A stretch of 64,000 nucleotides of DNA from Escherichia phage Sa157lw. The stretch lies in the sequence record OK322699.1. One strand, written 5' to 3'. Of the stretch, positions 40,706-50,584 are shown piece by piece. The position numbers and the translations under genes are program-made. Below the pieces are notes generated by a model, which did not search any database, was not told the origin of the DNA, and worked only from the letters and a program-made list of their open reading frames with translations. Position 1 is the stretch's first letter. The number at the start of each line of letters is the position of its first letter.

Positions 40706-41275
40706 CTAACCTTTGAAATTAATTGGGTTCTGAACCCCAGAGTCAAACGCGGCCTGGGTACGGGTATCGCTCACCACCTGACAGGTCTTGTCAAGATCGA
40801 TGCGAGGGTATCCAAAGATGCCAGCAATGACAGATCCAGGGAACTGGCCGAGTTTGGTTTCATAGATAGCACACGCGTCCAATTTCTTTGTCTGGCTGAT
40901 ACGGAATTCATCACGTCCTGAACTGATGACCACCTGAATTTCTTTGTACAGGCTTGAATCAAACTGGATGTTCTGTTCCTGGATCCATTGCATAACCGCC
41001 TTTGAACCATCAGCACCATAACGACCCTGGAAAGTATCTTTGATCACTTCTTTCAGACCGTCTTTGTACAGGCCAGGTATCTGAGCCGTCTCTTGTACTT
41101 TGTTTGTATAGTTGCTCAGATGGTTTTCAGAATCTTTATTGAACTTTTTGACTTGCTGTTCAATACGATTGAAATCATTGAAATAACTGACGAAACTACC
41201 AACACCGATTACAACAAAAGCCAGAATCGCCAAACCGATGATCCAACCAATTGAAATACCTTTACGCTGCGACAT
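40706..41275 (-). CDS. membrane-anchored hypothetical protein
   Basis: N-terminal TM helix ISIGWIIGLAILAFVVIGV. Confidence 0.45.
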   Translation of the reverse strand: MSQRKGISIGWIIGLAILAFVVIGVGSFVSYFNDFNRIEQQVKKFNKDSENHLSNYTNKVQETAQIPGLYKDGLKEVIKDTFQGRYGADGSKAVMQWIQEQNIQFDSSLYKEIQVVISSGRDEFRISQTKKLDACAIYETKLGQFPGSVIAGIFGYPRIDLDKTCQVVSDTRTQAAFDSGVQNPINFKG

Positions 41276-41290
41276 CTTTACTTCCTCTTG

Positions 41291-42400
41291 TTAAAACAAA
41301 CGTTTGTAAGTGCGACCATTGTACTGCATATGGCCTAATATGAAAATTGCGGTAAACGGAACACAACCTAATAAAACGACGATAATCACTTCCCATGTCT
41401 TGAGGTCACGCCATTTCAGATACTCCATTTCCTTCATTTCAACGCGGTTATAGCCTTTGCTGATATTGACTGCAACTTCTTGGAATACTGATATCCCCAT
41501 GGGTTTGCCAGTCAATGAAAGACCGTTTCGGGAATGGAGTTCCATGTTATTCATCCCATCAGCAAATGACGTGGATTTACCCCAATTGATTTTCATATCC
41601 TTCGATATGTCAGTAACCACAATGACATCGTTCTTTTTACCACCGGACCATGCATATAGCAGCCCCTGAAAATATTCCACAGGCTGGCCAGAAGTCACTA
41701 CCCACACGATATTGACCTGACGTGATGCCCCCAATGTTTTCAAAGTGTTGTTCAGATAATCATTCCAATAATCAACGGGAATATCCATCCCTGACATATT
41801 CAGAACACGAGTCACCCGATAATAATCATACACCCTTGGATATGACGGGATATGGTCTTTGAACTTCTCAGCGAATTGTTGGTCAGATTTGGAGAATAAA
41901 GAATCCTTGTTCCCCAGAACATAGTTCATATATGCATGTTCACGAGCTGCAGGTTCTCCGATTTTAACTTGCGCCCAACGCGGAGGCTCTGTAGTACCCT
42001 GACGATCAATACGGTCAATGCTCAGATCACCGACGGTTGTTAATACGTCCCAATCAACGTCATAAGAGTGCTCATAGCACGTGCTGCAATGACGCGTTTG
42101 TGTACAAGATCGGTTATTTCCTGAACCAGAGCAAGAAGTTGTGTAATAGCACATACATTCATAAGAATGACTACAGCTTACCTTGTTTCGTTGCTTATCG
42201 GTAACGTATCCATTCAAAATTTCAACATCTCCCGAACTACCCAGGGAAAATGCAGCGTATGCTCCCGCCTGGATAAGACAGGATAATACAACCACTATCG
42301 CAGTAGCAATTAGCGTTTCTTTTGGTTCATGGGTTTTGCGATGGTAAACCACGAACAATATGGCTAAAATAATAGGGACCACAAACAGAAGGTAAATCAT
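41291..42400 (-). CDS. membrane protein with Cys-rich segment
   Basis: TM helices at both ends; CSHSYECMCYYTTSCSG...CSTCYEH. Confidence 0.45.
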   Translation of the reverse strand: MIYLLFVVPIILAILFVVYHRKTHEPKETLIATAIVVVLSCLIQAGAYAAFSLGSSGDVEILNGYVTDKQRNKVSCSHSYECMCYYTTSCSGSGNNRSCTQTRHCSTCYEHSYDVDWDVLTTVGDLSIDRIDRQGTTEPPRWAQVKIGEPAAREHAYMNYVLGNKDSLFSKSDQQFAEKFKDHIPSYPRVYDYYRVTRVLNMSGMDIPVDYWNDYLNNTLKTLGASRQVNIVWVVTSGQPVEYFQGLLYAWSGGKKNDVIVVTDISKDMKINWGKSTSFADGMNNMELHSRNGLSLTGKPMGISVFQEVAVNISKGYNRVEMKEMEYLKWRDLKTWEVIIVVLLGCVPFTAIFILGHMQYNGRTYKRLF

Positions 42401-42783
42401 AACACACCATCCACGAGTTGTTCCTTCGTCATACCAAGAAGTTGATTTTTATGACCTGATTCAGCTCCATTTTTCAACAACAGATCCCAACGTTCTTCAT
42501 GATACTGTGGAGTCATTGCATCGTCAAAAGAAACATGGTGGCGATGCATAATTGTTGCAACGGTATGAAGAACGATTGCTGTCGCTCTTTTTAAAGCACG
42601 TGTATCAGTGATATGGTCTTCATATTCAATACCCATCAAATCGAGTTCTTTCCGAATATATGCAATAGACAAATCACCTTCAGAATGCAATTTAACAATA
42701 GTCGCTTTCTTAGGATGTAACACGCCGTCTGTTTCTTTCATGAACAGATCGTACAAATATTGTTTGTATTCGGGGCGCATCAT
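42397..42783 (-). CDS. hypothetical protein
   Basis: 128-aa ORF. Confidence 0.4.
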   Translation of the reverse strand: MMRPEYKQYLYDLFMKETDGVLHPKKATIVKLHSEGDLSIAYIRKELDLMGIEYEDHITDTRALKRATAIVLHTVATIMHRHHVSFDDAMTPQYHEERWDLLLKNGAESGHKNQLLGMTKEQLVDGVL

Positions 42784-43034
42784 CTCGTAATCCCTCCGGC
42801 ACAGATAATATTCAGTTCACCGCGACGGAAACCGCCTTGCCCCTCGCCATGTAGTAGACCAAACGCACTCTTGCCGGAATTTTTGTTGCCGTTCAGTATA
42901 TTCCAAAGAGCATCAGCATCGCCTAACTCAGTCATCTGGTATTTTGTTGGATTTTTATGATCTTCTTCCAGAATCACCGATACCATAGATTCAATATCGA
43001 GGGAGTCCATATCTTCAATTCGTTGCATTGCCAT
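42780..43034 (-). CDS. hypothetical protein
   Basis: 84-aa ORF with AGGAAA RBS. Confidence 0.4.
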   Translation of the reverse strand: MAMQRIEDMDSLDIESMVSVILEEDHKNPTKYQMTELGDADALWNILNGNKNSGKSAFGLLHGEGQGGFRRGELNIICAGGITR

Positions 43035-43046
43035 GATGTATTTCCT

Positions 43047-43087
43047 TGTAAAAGAAAGGGGAACGGGCTAATAATAACCCATTCCCC
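43047..43087 (-). terminator. rho-independent terminator
   Basis: GGGGAACGGG...CCCATTCCCC hairpin followed by U-run on minus strand. Confidence 0.5.
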
Positions 43088-43115
43088 TTTATTGAAGAAC
43101 GCAATCGCAGTCAGA

Positions 43116-43283
43116 TTACTTTTTCTTCAGCTCTTCCAGCTTGGCTTCAATTTGGTCCAGAATCTCTTTACCTTTCTGGACGATGGCTTCACCGTCTTGC
43201 GCGTGTTTACGAAAAACCAGAGCGCCAGCAATGAAACCAACAACCACGCCTGGGAGCGCATACACCAACAGATCTTGTAACAT
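43116..43283 (-). CDS. small membrane protein (55 aa, not in ORF track)
   Basis: MLQDLLVYALPGVVVGFIAGALVF..., GAGGA RBS 8 nt upstream. Confidence 0.4.
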   Translation of the reverse strand: MLQDLLVYALPGVVVGFIAGALVFRKHAQDGEAIVQKGKEILDQIEAKLEELKKK

Positions 43284-43321
43284 GATTTATATCCTCACTT
43301 TTATAAGCAAGGATATTTATA

Positions 43322-44557
43322 TCATCGTTTCAACAAAGACATGAGGTTTACACTGGTCGACTTCGGATTGTCCTCTATCTTCCGGACGGGCATTTTCAGA
43401 TTAGTGTAAACCTCAGATGGTTCCCAACGCGTACCCTGCTGCAGGTGCCATATATGTAGAGGAACACCTGTCTCAAAGAACACAGGCATCTTCCACTTCT
43501 GGACGCCAGGAACGTGCCCTGCAGGAGCTTTTTCGCATAACAGGGTATCTGGTAGCCAGAGGGAACGGGCTTCCCATAATGCCTTACAGGAGTACTCAGG
43601 CCAGATGCGTTCCATGTAGTCGATCTCATCCCAAGTACGCTCGGCATCCCACCCGATGTAACGAGTGTTTTTCAGACGGAAGAATTTCTTAAGCCAACAA
43701 GCACCGGAAGTCTCAAAGTTCAAACGATTGATGAACGTGATGTGACCAAACTCGGCGACACAATCTTTGAATGCCTGTTCAAGATCAGCCTCAAGGATGT
43801 CGCATTCTTCATCGGTGATAGGACAGCCGTTGATCTTTTTCTTTCCGTGCTTGGTCACCCAGTCGTCACGGTTTGACAAGAATGCCGCGCCGTTGCGGTT
43901 GGACTCACTACCATCACGGTCACGCAACATGAACCCAGGGACGTCGATCTGATACATGTTGCCGAATACCATGTTCAGGGCTTCCAGGAAGTTCCAGGCG
44001 CTCAGGCGACCGAAGTATTTCCACCCCATAGCCGTGTCCCATAGCTTAACGAATTGATCACTTTGCAGTTTAGTCTCCAACAACGGACGGAAAGCATCCA
44101 TCTGAGTACGACCAGCCAGCCAATCAATGTAGGACTGAACACACGGGATCATCTTCGATTTGCGATAGCGGCAATCAGTATCGAATCGCATACGCTCGAA
44201 GTTCAGGTTATACCAATCACAGAATCGCTTGAACTCTTGTGGTGACTGAGGCGGTACAGGAAACTCACTATAAATCGTCCATGGGCCAATCCCATTATAA
44301 CAACAGCCCCAAAGGAACGCCATCCAGATCTTGCGCTCGATCTTCTCAAGCTGCGTAATGCCTTCAGTGACTTCAATCGCATAATCCATCAGACGAACTT
44401 GTTGGTTGTGTTCTTCCGTATACGACAGCGCCTCCACCCATGCTTTGAGCAGATACATCCGATTCTCTGGCTTACGATAATCGATTGACAAATCAATTGG
44501 GTACTTCCATTCAGCCGGAGGCGTATAACCTGTCGGCATTTTAGATAGATGCGTCAT
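43322..44557 (-). CDS. large Trp-rich protein of unknown function (candidate DNA-modification enzyme)
   Basis: 411 aa, no motif recognised; sits beside an orphan P-loop kinase. Confidence 0.45.
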   Translation of the reverse strand: MTHLSKMPTGYTPPAEWKYPIDLSIDYRKPENRMYLLKAWVEALSYTEEHNQQVRLMDYAIEVTEGITQLEKIERKIWMAFLWGCCYNGIGPWTIYSEFPVPPQSPQEFKRFCDWYNLNFERMRFDTDCRYRKSKMIPCVQSYIDWLAGRTQMDAFRPLLETKLQSDQFVKLWDTAMGWKYFGRLSAWNFLEALNMVFGNMYQIDVPGFMLRDRDGSESNRNGAAFLSNRDDWVTKHGKKKINGCPITDEECDILEADLEQAFKDCVAEFGHITFINRLNFETSGACWLKKFFRLKNTRYIGWDAERTWDEIDYMERIWPEYSCKALWEARSLWLPDTLLCEKAPAGHVPGVQKWKMPVFFETGVPLHIWHLQQGTRWEPSEVYTNLKMPVRKIEDNPKSTSVNLMSLLKR

Positions 44558-44915
44558 CCTTCACCTCGGCTTCGAGTTGGATATCTTCAGGGTTTAAAAC
44601 GGGCTGGCCCAAAGACCAAATTGGAAGGAACCGACGGTCATTGGATACTACCCAGATTTGCTTGGCGGTTTTCGTTTTTTCAGAAATATAATGCTGGGCA
44701 TTAACCTGAGTCCGTGCCAGCCCAATTTGCCGCCATGCACCGAAATCTTTAGAAGATGGATTGGTGTTCAGCTGGAATTGGGGAATGATTTTATTCTGTT
44801 CCGGATAATATCGGACAGCGTTAATCATATTGGCATCGCCACGATAGTCAACAGCAATAGCAATGGCATTGCGTGGAATAAGAATTTTCATTTTAATTCC
44901 TTTTGAAACTTTCAA
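44541..44915 (-). CDS. hypothetical protein
   Basis: 124-aa ORF. Confidence 0.4.
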   Translation of the reverse strand: MKVSKGIKMKILIPRNAIAIAVDYRGDANMINAVRYYPEQNKIIPQFQLNTNPSSKDFGAWRQIGLARTQVNAQHYISEKTKTAKQIWVVSNDRRFLPIWSLGQPVLNPEDIQLEAEVKDDASI

Positions 44916-45096
44916 TTATGTTGTAAACGAACGGCGTTAATAAAGCAACACCGCCCGAATAATATAACGCGTAAACATTCAATATTTCGGTTGAGTCTAA
45001 TTCAACGATGCCCAAATATTTCATAACACCGACAAGCATAGCTGAAAAGCACATCACCAGACCGACGAACACAAAATATTTAGACATCTTTTTCAT
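44893..45096 (-). CDS. small membrane protein
   Basis: 67 aa, hydrophobic. Confidence 0.3.
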   Translation of the reverse strand: MKKMSKYFVFVGLVMCFSAMLVGVMKYLGIVELDSTEILNVYALYYSGGVALLTPFVYNIIESFKRN

Positions 45097-45099
45097 TAT

Positions 45100-46014
45100 C
45101 TACACCTTACGCATTAGCCCCAGAAGGGACACGGATGAGGTCTTTGGTTCTTCCTTGGCGACGGCCTTGTTTTTAGTTTTGGATGCCTTCTGCGGCTTCT
45201 CAGGCACTCTGTGAGCCAAAGGATCCTGACCGCCGACTTCACGCGTCATCGGATTGGTTTCGCAATAGCCGTAGAAGTCTTTCGACATCAGATTGTTAGC
45301 GCGGCAAACTGTGCCAAGCTGATGATAGATAGCATTACCCACCACCCACAACGGGGCGTCGAACGGCAACATAGCCAATTCGCTATCATTCCCAGTCTTG
45401 AATTCTTGGGTGTTCGTAACCGTTTGGTGGTACAAAACGTCTTGCCCACTGTAATCATCCACGGCAACATTCCAGCCCAGCGCCAGCATTTCAGATTTCG
45501 ACTTCTCGAACTCCTTGGAGTAAGATTCGTTGCGCGACCAGCCGGAATCCCCCGCTTCTTTACCAGAGCGTCCACGGATGCGGGCATCGTACTGATAGCG
45601 ATCAGGATACGCAAAGTACAGCAGCGCCAAAGAATCAATCGGATAGTTCTTGAACATCCATTCAGGACGCCACTTGTCCGACAGCATCAGGGGTTCGCCC
45701 TCACACACCAGGGTATATCCCTGAGCCAGCCAACCCTTGATGAGGTCGCGAGCAATATCCCCAGAGCCTGTGGCAGCATGAATGGCGTCCATAGAGGTCC
45801 AAGACGCCAGGCCGGATTTATTGGACACTGTGTATTGGCCGACGAAGATTAACTTCAGCTCTTCAAATTTCAGGCCGAAGGGGCGCGTCTTATCCCCAAC
45901 AGTGTACGACAATTCAGTCGGCTTCAGCTTAGTGCGGAGCCACTCGATGAACTGTACGACACGAGTGCCTTTACCCGTGCCGCTGGTTCCTTTGATTACA
46001 ATGATCTTTGCCAT
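45100..46014 (-). CDS. P-loop kinase of unknown substrate
   Basis: Walker A GTSGTGKGT at residues 9-17. Confidence 0.55.
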   Translation of the reverse strand: MAKIIVIKGTSGTGKGTRVVQFIEWLRTKLKPTELSYTVGDKTRPFGLKFEELKLIFVGQYTVSNKSGLASWTSMDAIHAATGSGDIARDLIKGWLAQGYTLVCEGEPLMLSDKWRPEWMFKNYPIDSLALLYFAYPDRYQYDARIRGRSGKEAGDSGWSRNESYSKEFEKSKSEMLALGWNVAVDDYSGQDVLYHQTVTNTQEFKTGNDSELAMLPFDAPLWVVGNAIYHQLGTVCRANNLMSKDFYGYCETNPMTREVGGQDPLAHRVPEKPQKASKTKNKAVAKEEPKTSSVSLLGLMRKV

Positions 46015-46319
46015 TATGCAGCATCCTCAATGCGCCAACTCACTCCACCCAACCAAGGTGCCCAAAACACGGCAACTTGCGGATGACCATTCTCAACAAA
46101 CTTCACTTTATACTGGTCATCAAAGTTATAGAAAATTTCGTCGTCATCAGGTGCCATACCGTTTTCAATCAGAACTCGTTTTAATTCCAACGCTGCGCCA
46201 ACGGAAGTTGGTGGATTCTGATTACGGATGAAGTTGTTTACATGGATAATGATACCATCCATATCACTGTCACCGGAACGCTTGTCAGGGCTTTCTACAA
46301 CTTTATTTTGTTCTTGCAC
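46014..46319 (-). CDS. hypothetical protein
   Basis: 101-aa ORF. Confidence 0.4.
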   Translation of the reverse strand: MQEQNKVVESPDKRSGDSDMDGIIIHVNNFIRNQNPPTSVGAALELKRVLIENGMAPDDDEIFYNFDDQYKVKFVENGHPQVAVFWAPWLGGVSWRIEDAA

Positions 46320-46328
46320 GATGTGCTC

Positions 46329-47111
46329 CTATCGGACATATTGATAATGAGAAACCAGGCGATTCACCACTTCATCGAGGTTACGATTTAAGAAGTCAAA
46401 GTGGTTTTGGCCTTCTACATGCTTAATATAAAGCATATCCTCGCAATTCGAAAGATCCAGTTTTTCATAATTGCCCTGAGGGACGAAGATGACGAAGATG
46501 TTATTCAGGGCACACGGCTCAACATACTTCGGATTGTCGTCGATCAGGACATCGCCAGCAAGCAGATGCTTTTCATCCGTGCTCACGAACCCATTAATCA
46601 ACGATTCAAAGTGATGGTATATGAACTGACGCTTGCTGCGTTCGTGTTCCGGTTCGCATTTTGTAACTGCCACCATTTCCACTTGCTCAAACTTCTGAAG
46701 GAGAGCGGCCTTTAAATTCGTAAGGAATTCAACAGCCCCTGGCAGTGGTGACATTCTGGAATACAGATCAGGCATACGCCACCAATCCATCGGATCACGT
46801 CCTGTTGGCGAATCCATCCACTGACCAGCAACGAATACACGGCGCGTTAACCAGGCCGGATGCGCGCGTTCACGCATGAGGATCGCCAGATCACCAGCGT
46901 GTGACATATAACACTCTTTGGTGATTGGTTGAAATTCAGATGGGTAGTCGTGACATCCCATATTTTCCGCAGCGGCTTTAGAATTAGAAATATTGAACCA
47001 TTCAACCCACGGCGATAGGGAATCAACCAGAGTCAAATCCACATCCACCAGAACGCGATATAACCCGCCAATTTTAGAACATGCGTCATACAGACCAACG
47101 TGATTATTCAT
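46329..47111 (-). CDS. HAD-superfamily phosphatase / 5'(3')-deoxyribonucleotidase-like
   Basis: VLVDVDLTLVD (DxD motif I) and C-terminal GDVLIDDNP; start at internal ATG. Confidence 0.45.
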   Translation of the reverse strand: MNNHVGLYDACSKIGGLYRVLVDVDLTLVDSLSPWVEWFNISNSKAAAENMGCHDYPSEFQPITKECYMSHAGDLAILMRERAHPAWLTRRVFVAGQWMDSPTGRDPMDWWRMPDLYSRMSPLPGAVEFLTNLKAALLQKFEQVEMVAVTKCEPEHERSKRQFIYHHFESLINGFVSTDEKHLLAGDVLIDDNPKYVEPCALNNIFVIFVPQGNYEKLDLSNCEDMLYIKHVEGQNHFDFLNRNLDEVVNRLVSHYQYVR

Positions 47112-47448
47112 CAGATTTCTCCACATTGTCATAACCAGTTGCGGTGCATTGCTCTTCGGTGCAATCGGCATACAGAACCACAGAAGATTCCTTCACGTAA
47201 GTGGTGCAGTGATAGGTTTCATCTTCCTGGATGGAATCATCATAATTGCAAACAGTTTGCAACGGACCAGGAGTCGTGTTGTCCAAAGCTGCATGTGCCT
47301 TGATGGTGTCTTCCATCTTATTCACCGCTTGCTGATTGGTGAACGTCGGCGCATCGAGGTCAACAGTAGACGCAACGTCCAGAAGGGTAGAGCATGCAGT
47401 GGTAGAGAAAGCCAGAGCACACACCAGAAGAATCTTATTGAGTTTCAT
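47104..47448 (-). CDS. putative lipoprotein
   Basis: Signal peptide MKLNKILLVCALAFSTTACS with Cys. Confidence 0.45.
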   Translation of the reverse strand: MKLNKILLVCALAFSTTACSTLLDVASTVDLDAPTFTNQQAVNKMEDTIKAHAALDNTTPGPLQTVCNYDDSIQEDETYHCTTYVKESSVVLYADCTEEQCTATGYDNVEKSDE

Positions 47449-47508
47449 AACAATACCTGTTGTCAAAGGGATAACAGGGGGAATTATATCCCCCTTTGTT
47501 TTATTGAA

Positions 47509-50505
47509 TCAACCTTTCTTGCCCATCATGGACAACAGATTAACTCGACGTTTGTGAGACCAACCAACCACGTCTAGAATAGATTGAATCGGCTCTATGA
47601 AGGTCTTTTCAAACGTGGTGTGATAATCTACCCACTTATCCAGCCCCAACTCCGGAGGGAGGAAGTCAGGGAAGGCTATGCGGTCGTTCCCCACAGGGTT
47701 CCCAGGTTTCAGGTTAATGATTTTAACCTTATCGCCAGATTCTATCGGCGGGAGACCGAGGTCTTCATGCTTGTCTATCAGCTTGTTGTACATAATACAA
47801 GCCTTGGCAGCAAAGTGTGTGCCACTGATATAATTTCCGTTGCCGTCTAACCACTTCTCAATATCACTAACGCCAGAGGCTTGAGCAATATCATCCACGG
47901 TTAATTCCATATATTCCTTCTTATAACCCGCGATCAATTCCTGAACTTCAGCCTCCGTCCCCAGAAGAACTTTCTCATAGCATTTAACCAGACGCTCACG
48001 ACACCATTCCGGCGTTGTAGATTTACGCGCTTCCAGACCTTTGAATTTGATCTTTGGCTTCTCATACTTGATGCCTTCGCTATCGTATACCGCCATGCAA
48101 TACATCTTCTTGGCTCGCCATACAGCAGACGATGCGATGACCTCACGTTCCCAGACCATGCGCTGCTCAAACCCGTTCATGGTATTACATAACAACTGCG
48201 CCCATTCGCTGGTTTTTGGCTGGTAATTCTCTTTGATCCATTGGTCAATGTTATCAACGAGTTTGTGATGGTCCTTTTCTTCAGGCCACAATTGCTTGAC
48301 CAGGCGTTCAATGCAAATGTAGTTGGAGTCAGTATCACCCGCGATAACAAAATCCTGACCAGTAGTGCCGCAAAGTTTGTTCAGATAATCATCGGTGTGG
48401 CGTTTGTTCCATTTGTTGATCAGCTGGCCGGAAGTGGTGATTGCTTCAGCGATGTTGATGTTGAAGTATTCTTTAAACCAGACGTTGGAGATTGCGCCAT
48501 AACCTGCGTTCATCAAGATCTTCAGACCTTGTTGTAACGTGTCTTGAGCAACCCCCAGATCTTCCCATTTATGCATGACTTCAGTCAGGTGATCAAGATC
48601 GATATGCTTGTGTTCTTCATACCATTCAGGATCGTAGAAACGAGACTTCATGGCAGACTCAAGGTGGAAATCACCTTTAGACATTTCCTTACACCAACCA
48701 GCCCATTGCTCATACTTCAGGCCAGTTGCTTTCTCTCCTTTACGGTCAGCGTATATGCCTCGCATAATTTCGGAAAGGAAGGACATCTTCTCATTACTGA
48801 AGAACTGAACGTTCGGGGTAAACGAAACGTTATATCGGCGTAGTGTTTCAAAATGGAATTCGCCCAGCGCGACCAATTCATCAACAACTTGTATGCGTTC
48901 ATCAATAGCACGCTGCAACTTGTCGTGAAGATTTTTGAGATGACGACGTTTATTCATCGGCGTTGTCATATCATTCATCGCTTTGGTCAATTCCTCACAC
49001 ATGGCCTCAATAATATCACGGCGTGTGTGCTTATCAGAAACGATAGTCTCTGGACCAAGGTTGTATTGCTGTATGATGTGGGGATACAGGGAGTTTAAGT
49101 CCTCAGAGAAGACCCAGAAATATATCCCTGGTGCAACCTCCATGACATATGCGCCTTCAAAATCTGTTGGCCCATCATAGACGCGCTGGATTTTCGGGAC
49201 AATCCCCTTCTCATAAAGACGATAATAGCACATCGCCAGCCACGGTGCTACAGTGCCGAGACCGTCTTCATAGTTGGATTTAGTGCGATAAGCCAATACA
49301 AACATCAGCTGTATCAAACGCAGTTTTTGTTCTAAGCGCCACACCAGCTTGACGTCTTTGATACCATATCGCGTATGCTTGCAATAATCATTGAAATAAA
49401 GGTCATACAATGATTTGCTTTCACTATAATCCAACTTCTTCTCACCGAGTTCACAATAAGCGATCCAGTCCAGTGAGTATTTTTCGCGGGTGGTGTAAGT
49501 GTGTTTCTTGTACACTTGCATGTAGTCCATCATTGGACAACCCACAAACTGATAAGACGTGACGTCGCCTTTACGGTCTTTGATGAAACGTTTCTTCAGT
49601 TTACCCCAAGGACTGAGACGCTGGGCTTCGGATTCACCAAGAACCTGCGTAATTCGTTCAACCAAATAGGGGCTATCGAACGTTTCAATGTTCCACCCCG
49701 TCCAACCGTCAAATTGACGCTGCGACCAGTAGTTAAGGAATGAACGCAGCAGATCCTGCTCGGTGACGAACTCCATATACTCAACCTGAAGCCCACCGAT
49801 TTCAGGATCGTTCTCATCATACCTGAACTTCGCGCGATCCTTGGAACACGGCATGCCCCAGACATAGAATTTATTGGTATTCATATCTTGGAGCTGTATC
49901 AGCGTAATAGGGAACGCCGCATTCATGTTCTGTGTGATTTTACCGTTACTGTCAATTATAGGGAATTGGTCAGTCACGTTGTTGGAAATAAAGGAACCAG
50001 GGAAATGCTCCCGAACGAAGTCATGGTTGGCCAGTACTTGCTTATGGAAACGACGAACCCGCGCCTCGCTGCCTTTAAACGTGTGAGATTCGATCGTTGC
50101 GTGTGGGAATGGACCTTTAGTCATTTCTCCGTCACGCCAACCAGCCGAGAACACTTCGATATCCACGTTGGCGATGTGGATATTTGAATAATCAGGTGTG
50201 ATCATCCCAGGAAAACTATGGGCGATGAATTGATATGCATAATCCGTTTGTCCATACACCGCAGCGCCTTCGACCTCCTTGTACTCCTCAAGATAGTTGT
50301 CAGCGTCGCGCATTGATGCAAACTTTTTAGACACCAACGGTTCGTTGAGGAGGCCAATCTTTTCAACTTTGGAATAATCAGCTGTGGGTAAATACAAGGT
50401 GGGTTCGAATTTCTTACGCAACATGCGGCGATTGCCGTTGTCGTCTGCGATACGAATCAGAAGGTCGTTACCCTGTCGGGCAACGTTCGTATAGAAAACA
50501 GTCAT
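47509..50505 (-). CDS. family B DNA polymerase (T4 gp43-like)
   Basis: Pol motif IAGDTDSNYI, exonuclease domain; start at MTVFYTN with GGAG RBS. Confidence 0.9.
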   Translation of the reverse strand: MTVFYTNVARQGNDLLIRIADDNGNRRMLRKKFEPTLYLPTADYSKVEKIGLLNEPLVSKKFASMRDADNYLEEYKEVEGAAVYGQTDYAYQFIAHSFPGMITPDYSNIHIANVDIEVFSAGWRDGEMTKGPFPHATIESHTFKGSEARVRRFHKQVLANHDFVREHFPGSFISNNVTDQFPIIDSNGKITQNMNAAFPITLIQLQDMNTNKFYVWGMPCSKDRAKFRYDENDPEIGGLQVEYMEFVTEQDLLRSFLNYWSQRQFDGWTGWNIETFDSPYLVERITQVLGESEAQRLSPWGKLKKRFIKDRKGDVTSYQFVGCPMMDYMQVYKKHTYTTREKYSLDWIAYCELGEKKLDYSESKSLYDLYFNDYCKHTRYGIKDVKLVWRLEQKLRLIQLMFVLAYRTKSNYEDGLGTVAPWLAMCYYRLYEKGIVPKIQRVYDGPTDFEGAYVMEVAPGIYFWVFSEDLNSLYPHIIQQYNLGPETIVSDKHTRRDIIEAMCEELTKAMNDMTTPMNKRRHLKNLHDKLQRAIDERIQVVDELVALGEFHFETLRRYNVSFTPNVQFFSNEKMSFLSEIMRGIYADRKGEKATGLKYEQWAGWCKEMSKGDFHLESAMKSRFYDPEWYEEHKHIDLDHLTEVMHKWEDLGVAQDTLQQGLKILMNAGYGAISNVWFKEYFNINIAEAITTSGQLINKWNKRHTDDYLNKLCGTTGQDFVIAGDTDSNYICIERLVKQLWPEEKDHHKLVDNIDQWIKENYQPKTSEWAQLLCNTMNGFEQRMVWEREVIASSAVWRAKKMYCMAVYDSEGIKYEKPKIKFKGLEARKSTTPEWCRERLVKCYEKVLLGTEAEVQELIAGYKKEYMELTVDDIAQASGVSDIEKWLDGNGNYISGTHFAAKACIMYNKLIDKHEDLGLPPIESGDKVKIINLKPGNPVGNDRIAFPDFLPPELGLDKWVDYHTTFEKTFIEPIQSILDVVGWSHKRRVNLLSMMGKKG

Positions 50506-50584
50506 TGTTTGTCTCCGGTTAACCGTGCCGTCAGCACGTCCCCGTAATTTAACCGAGGAACGTTCAATGACCAAGGAGTTTAAA

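Noticed and set aside
40706-41275. LemA-family assignment for the membrane-anchored protein
   Set aside because: Topology is similar but I did not see the conserved LemA core sequence; left as hypothetical.
45211-45852. 213-aa plus-strand ORF
   Set aside because: Antisense to the P-loop kinase gene; Arg/His-rich translation without motifs, while the minus-strand frame has a Walker A.
47509-50505. Possible intein or intron in the long DNA polymerase gene
   Set aside because: Reading frame is continuous with no intein splice-junction motifs or in-frame stops; extra length is more likely divergent insertions.
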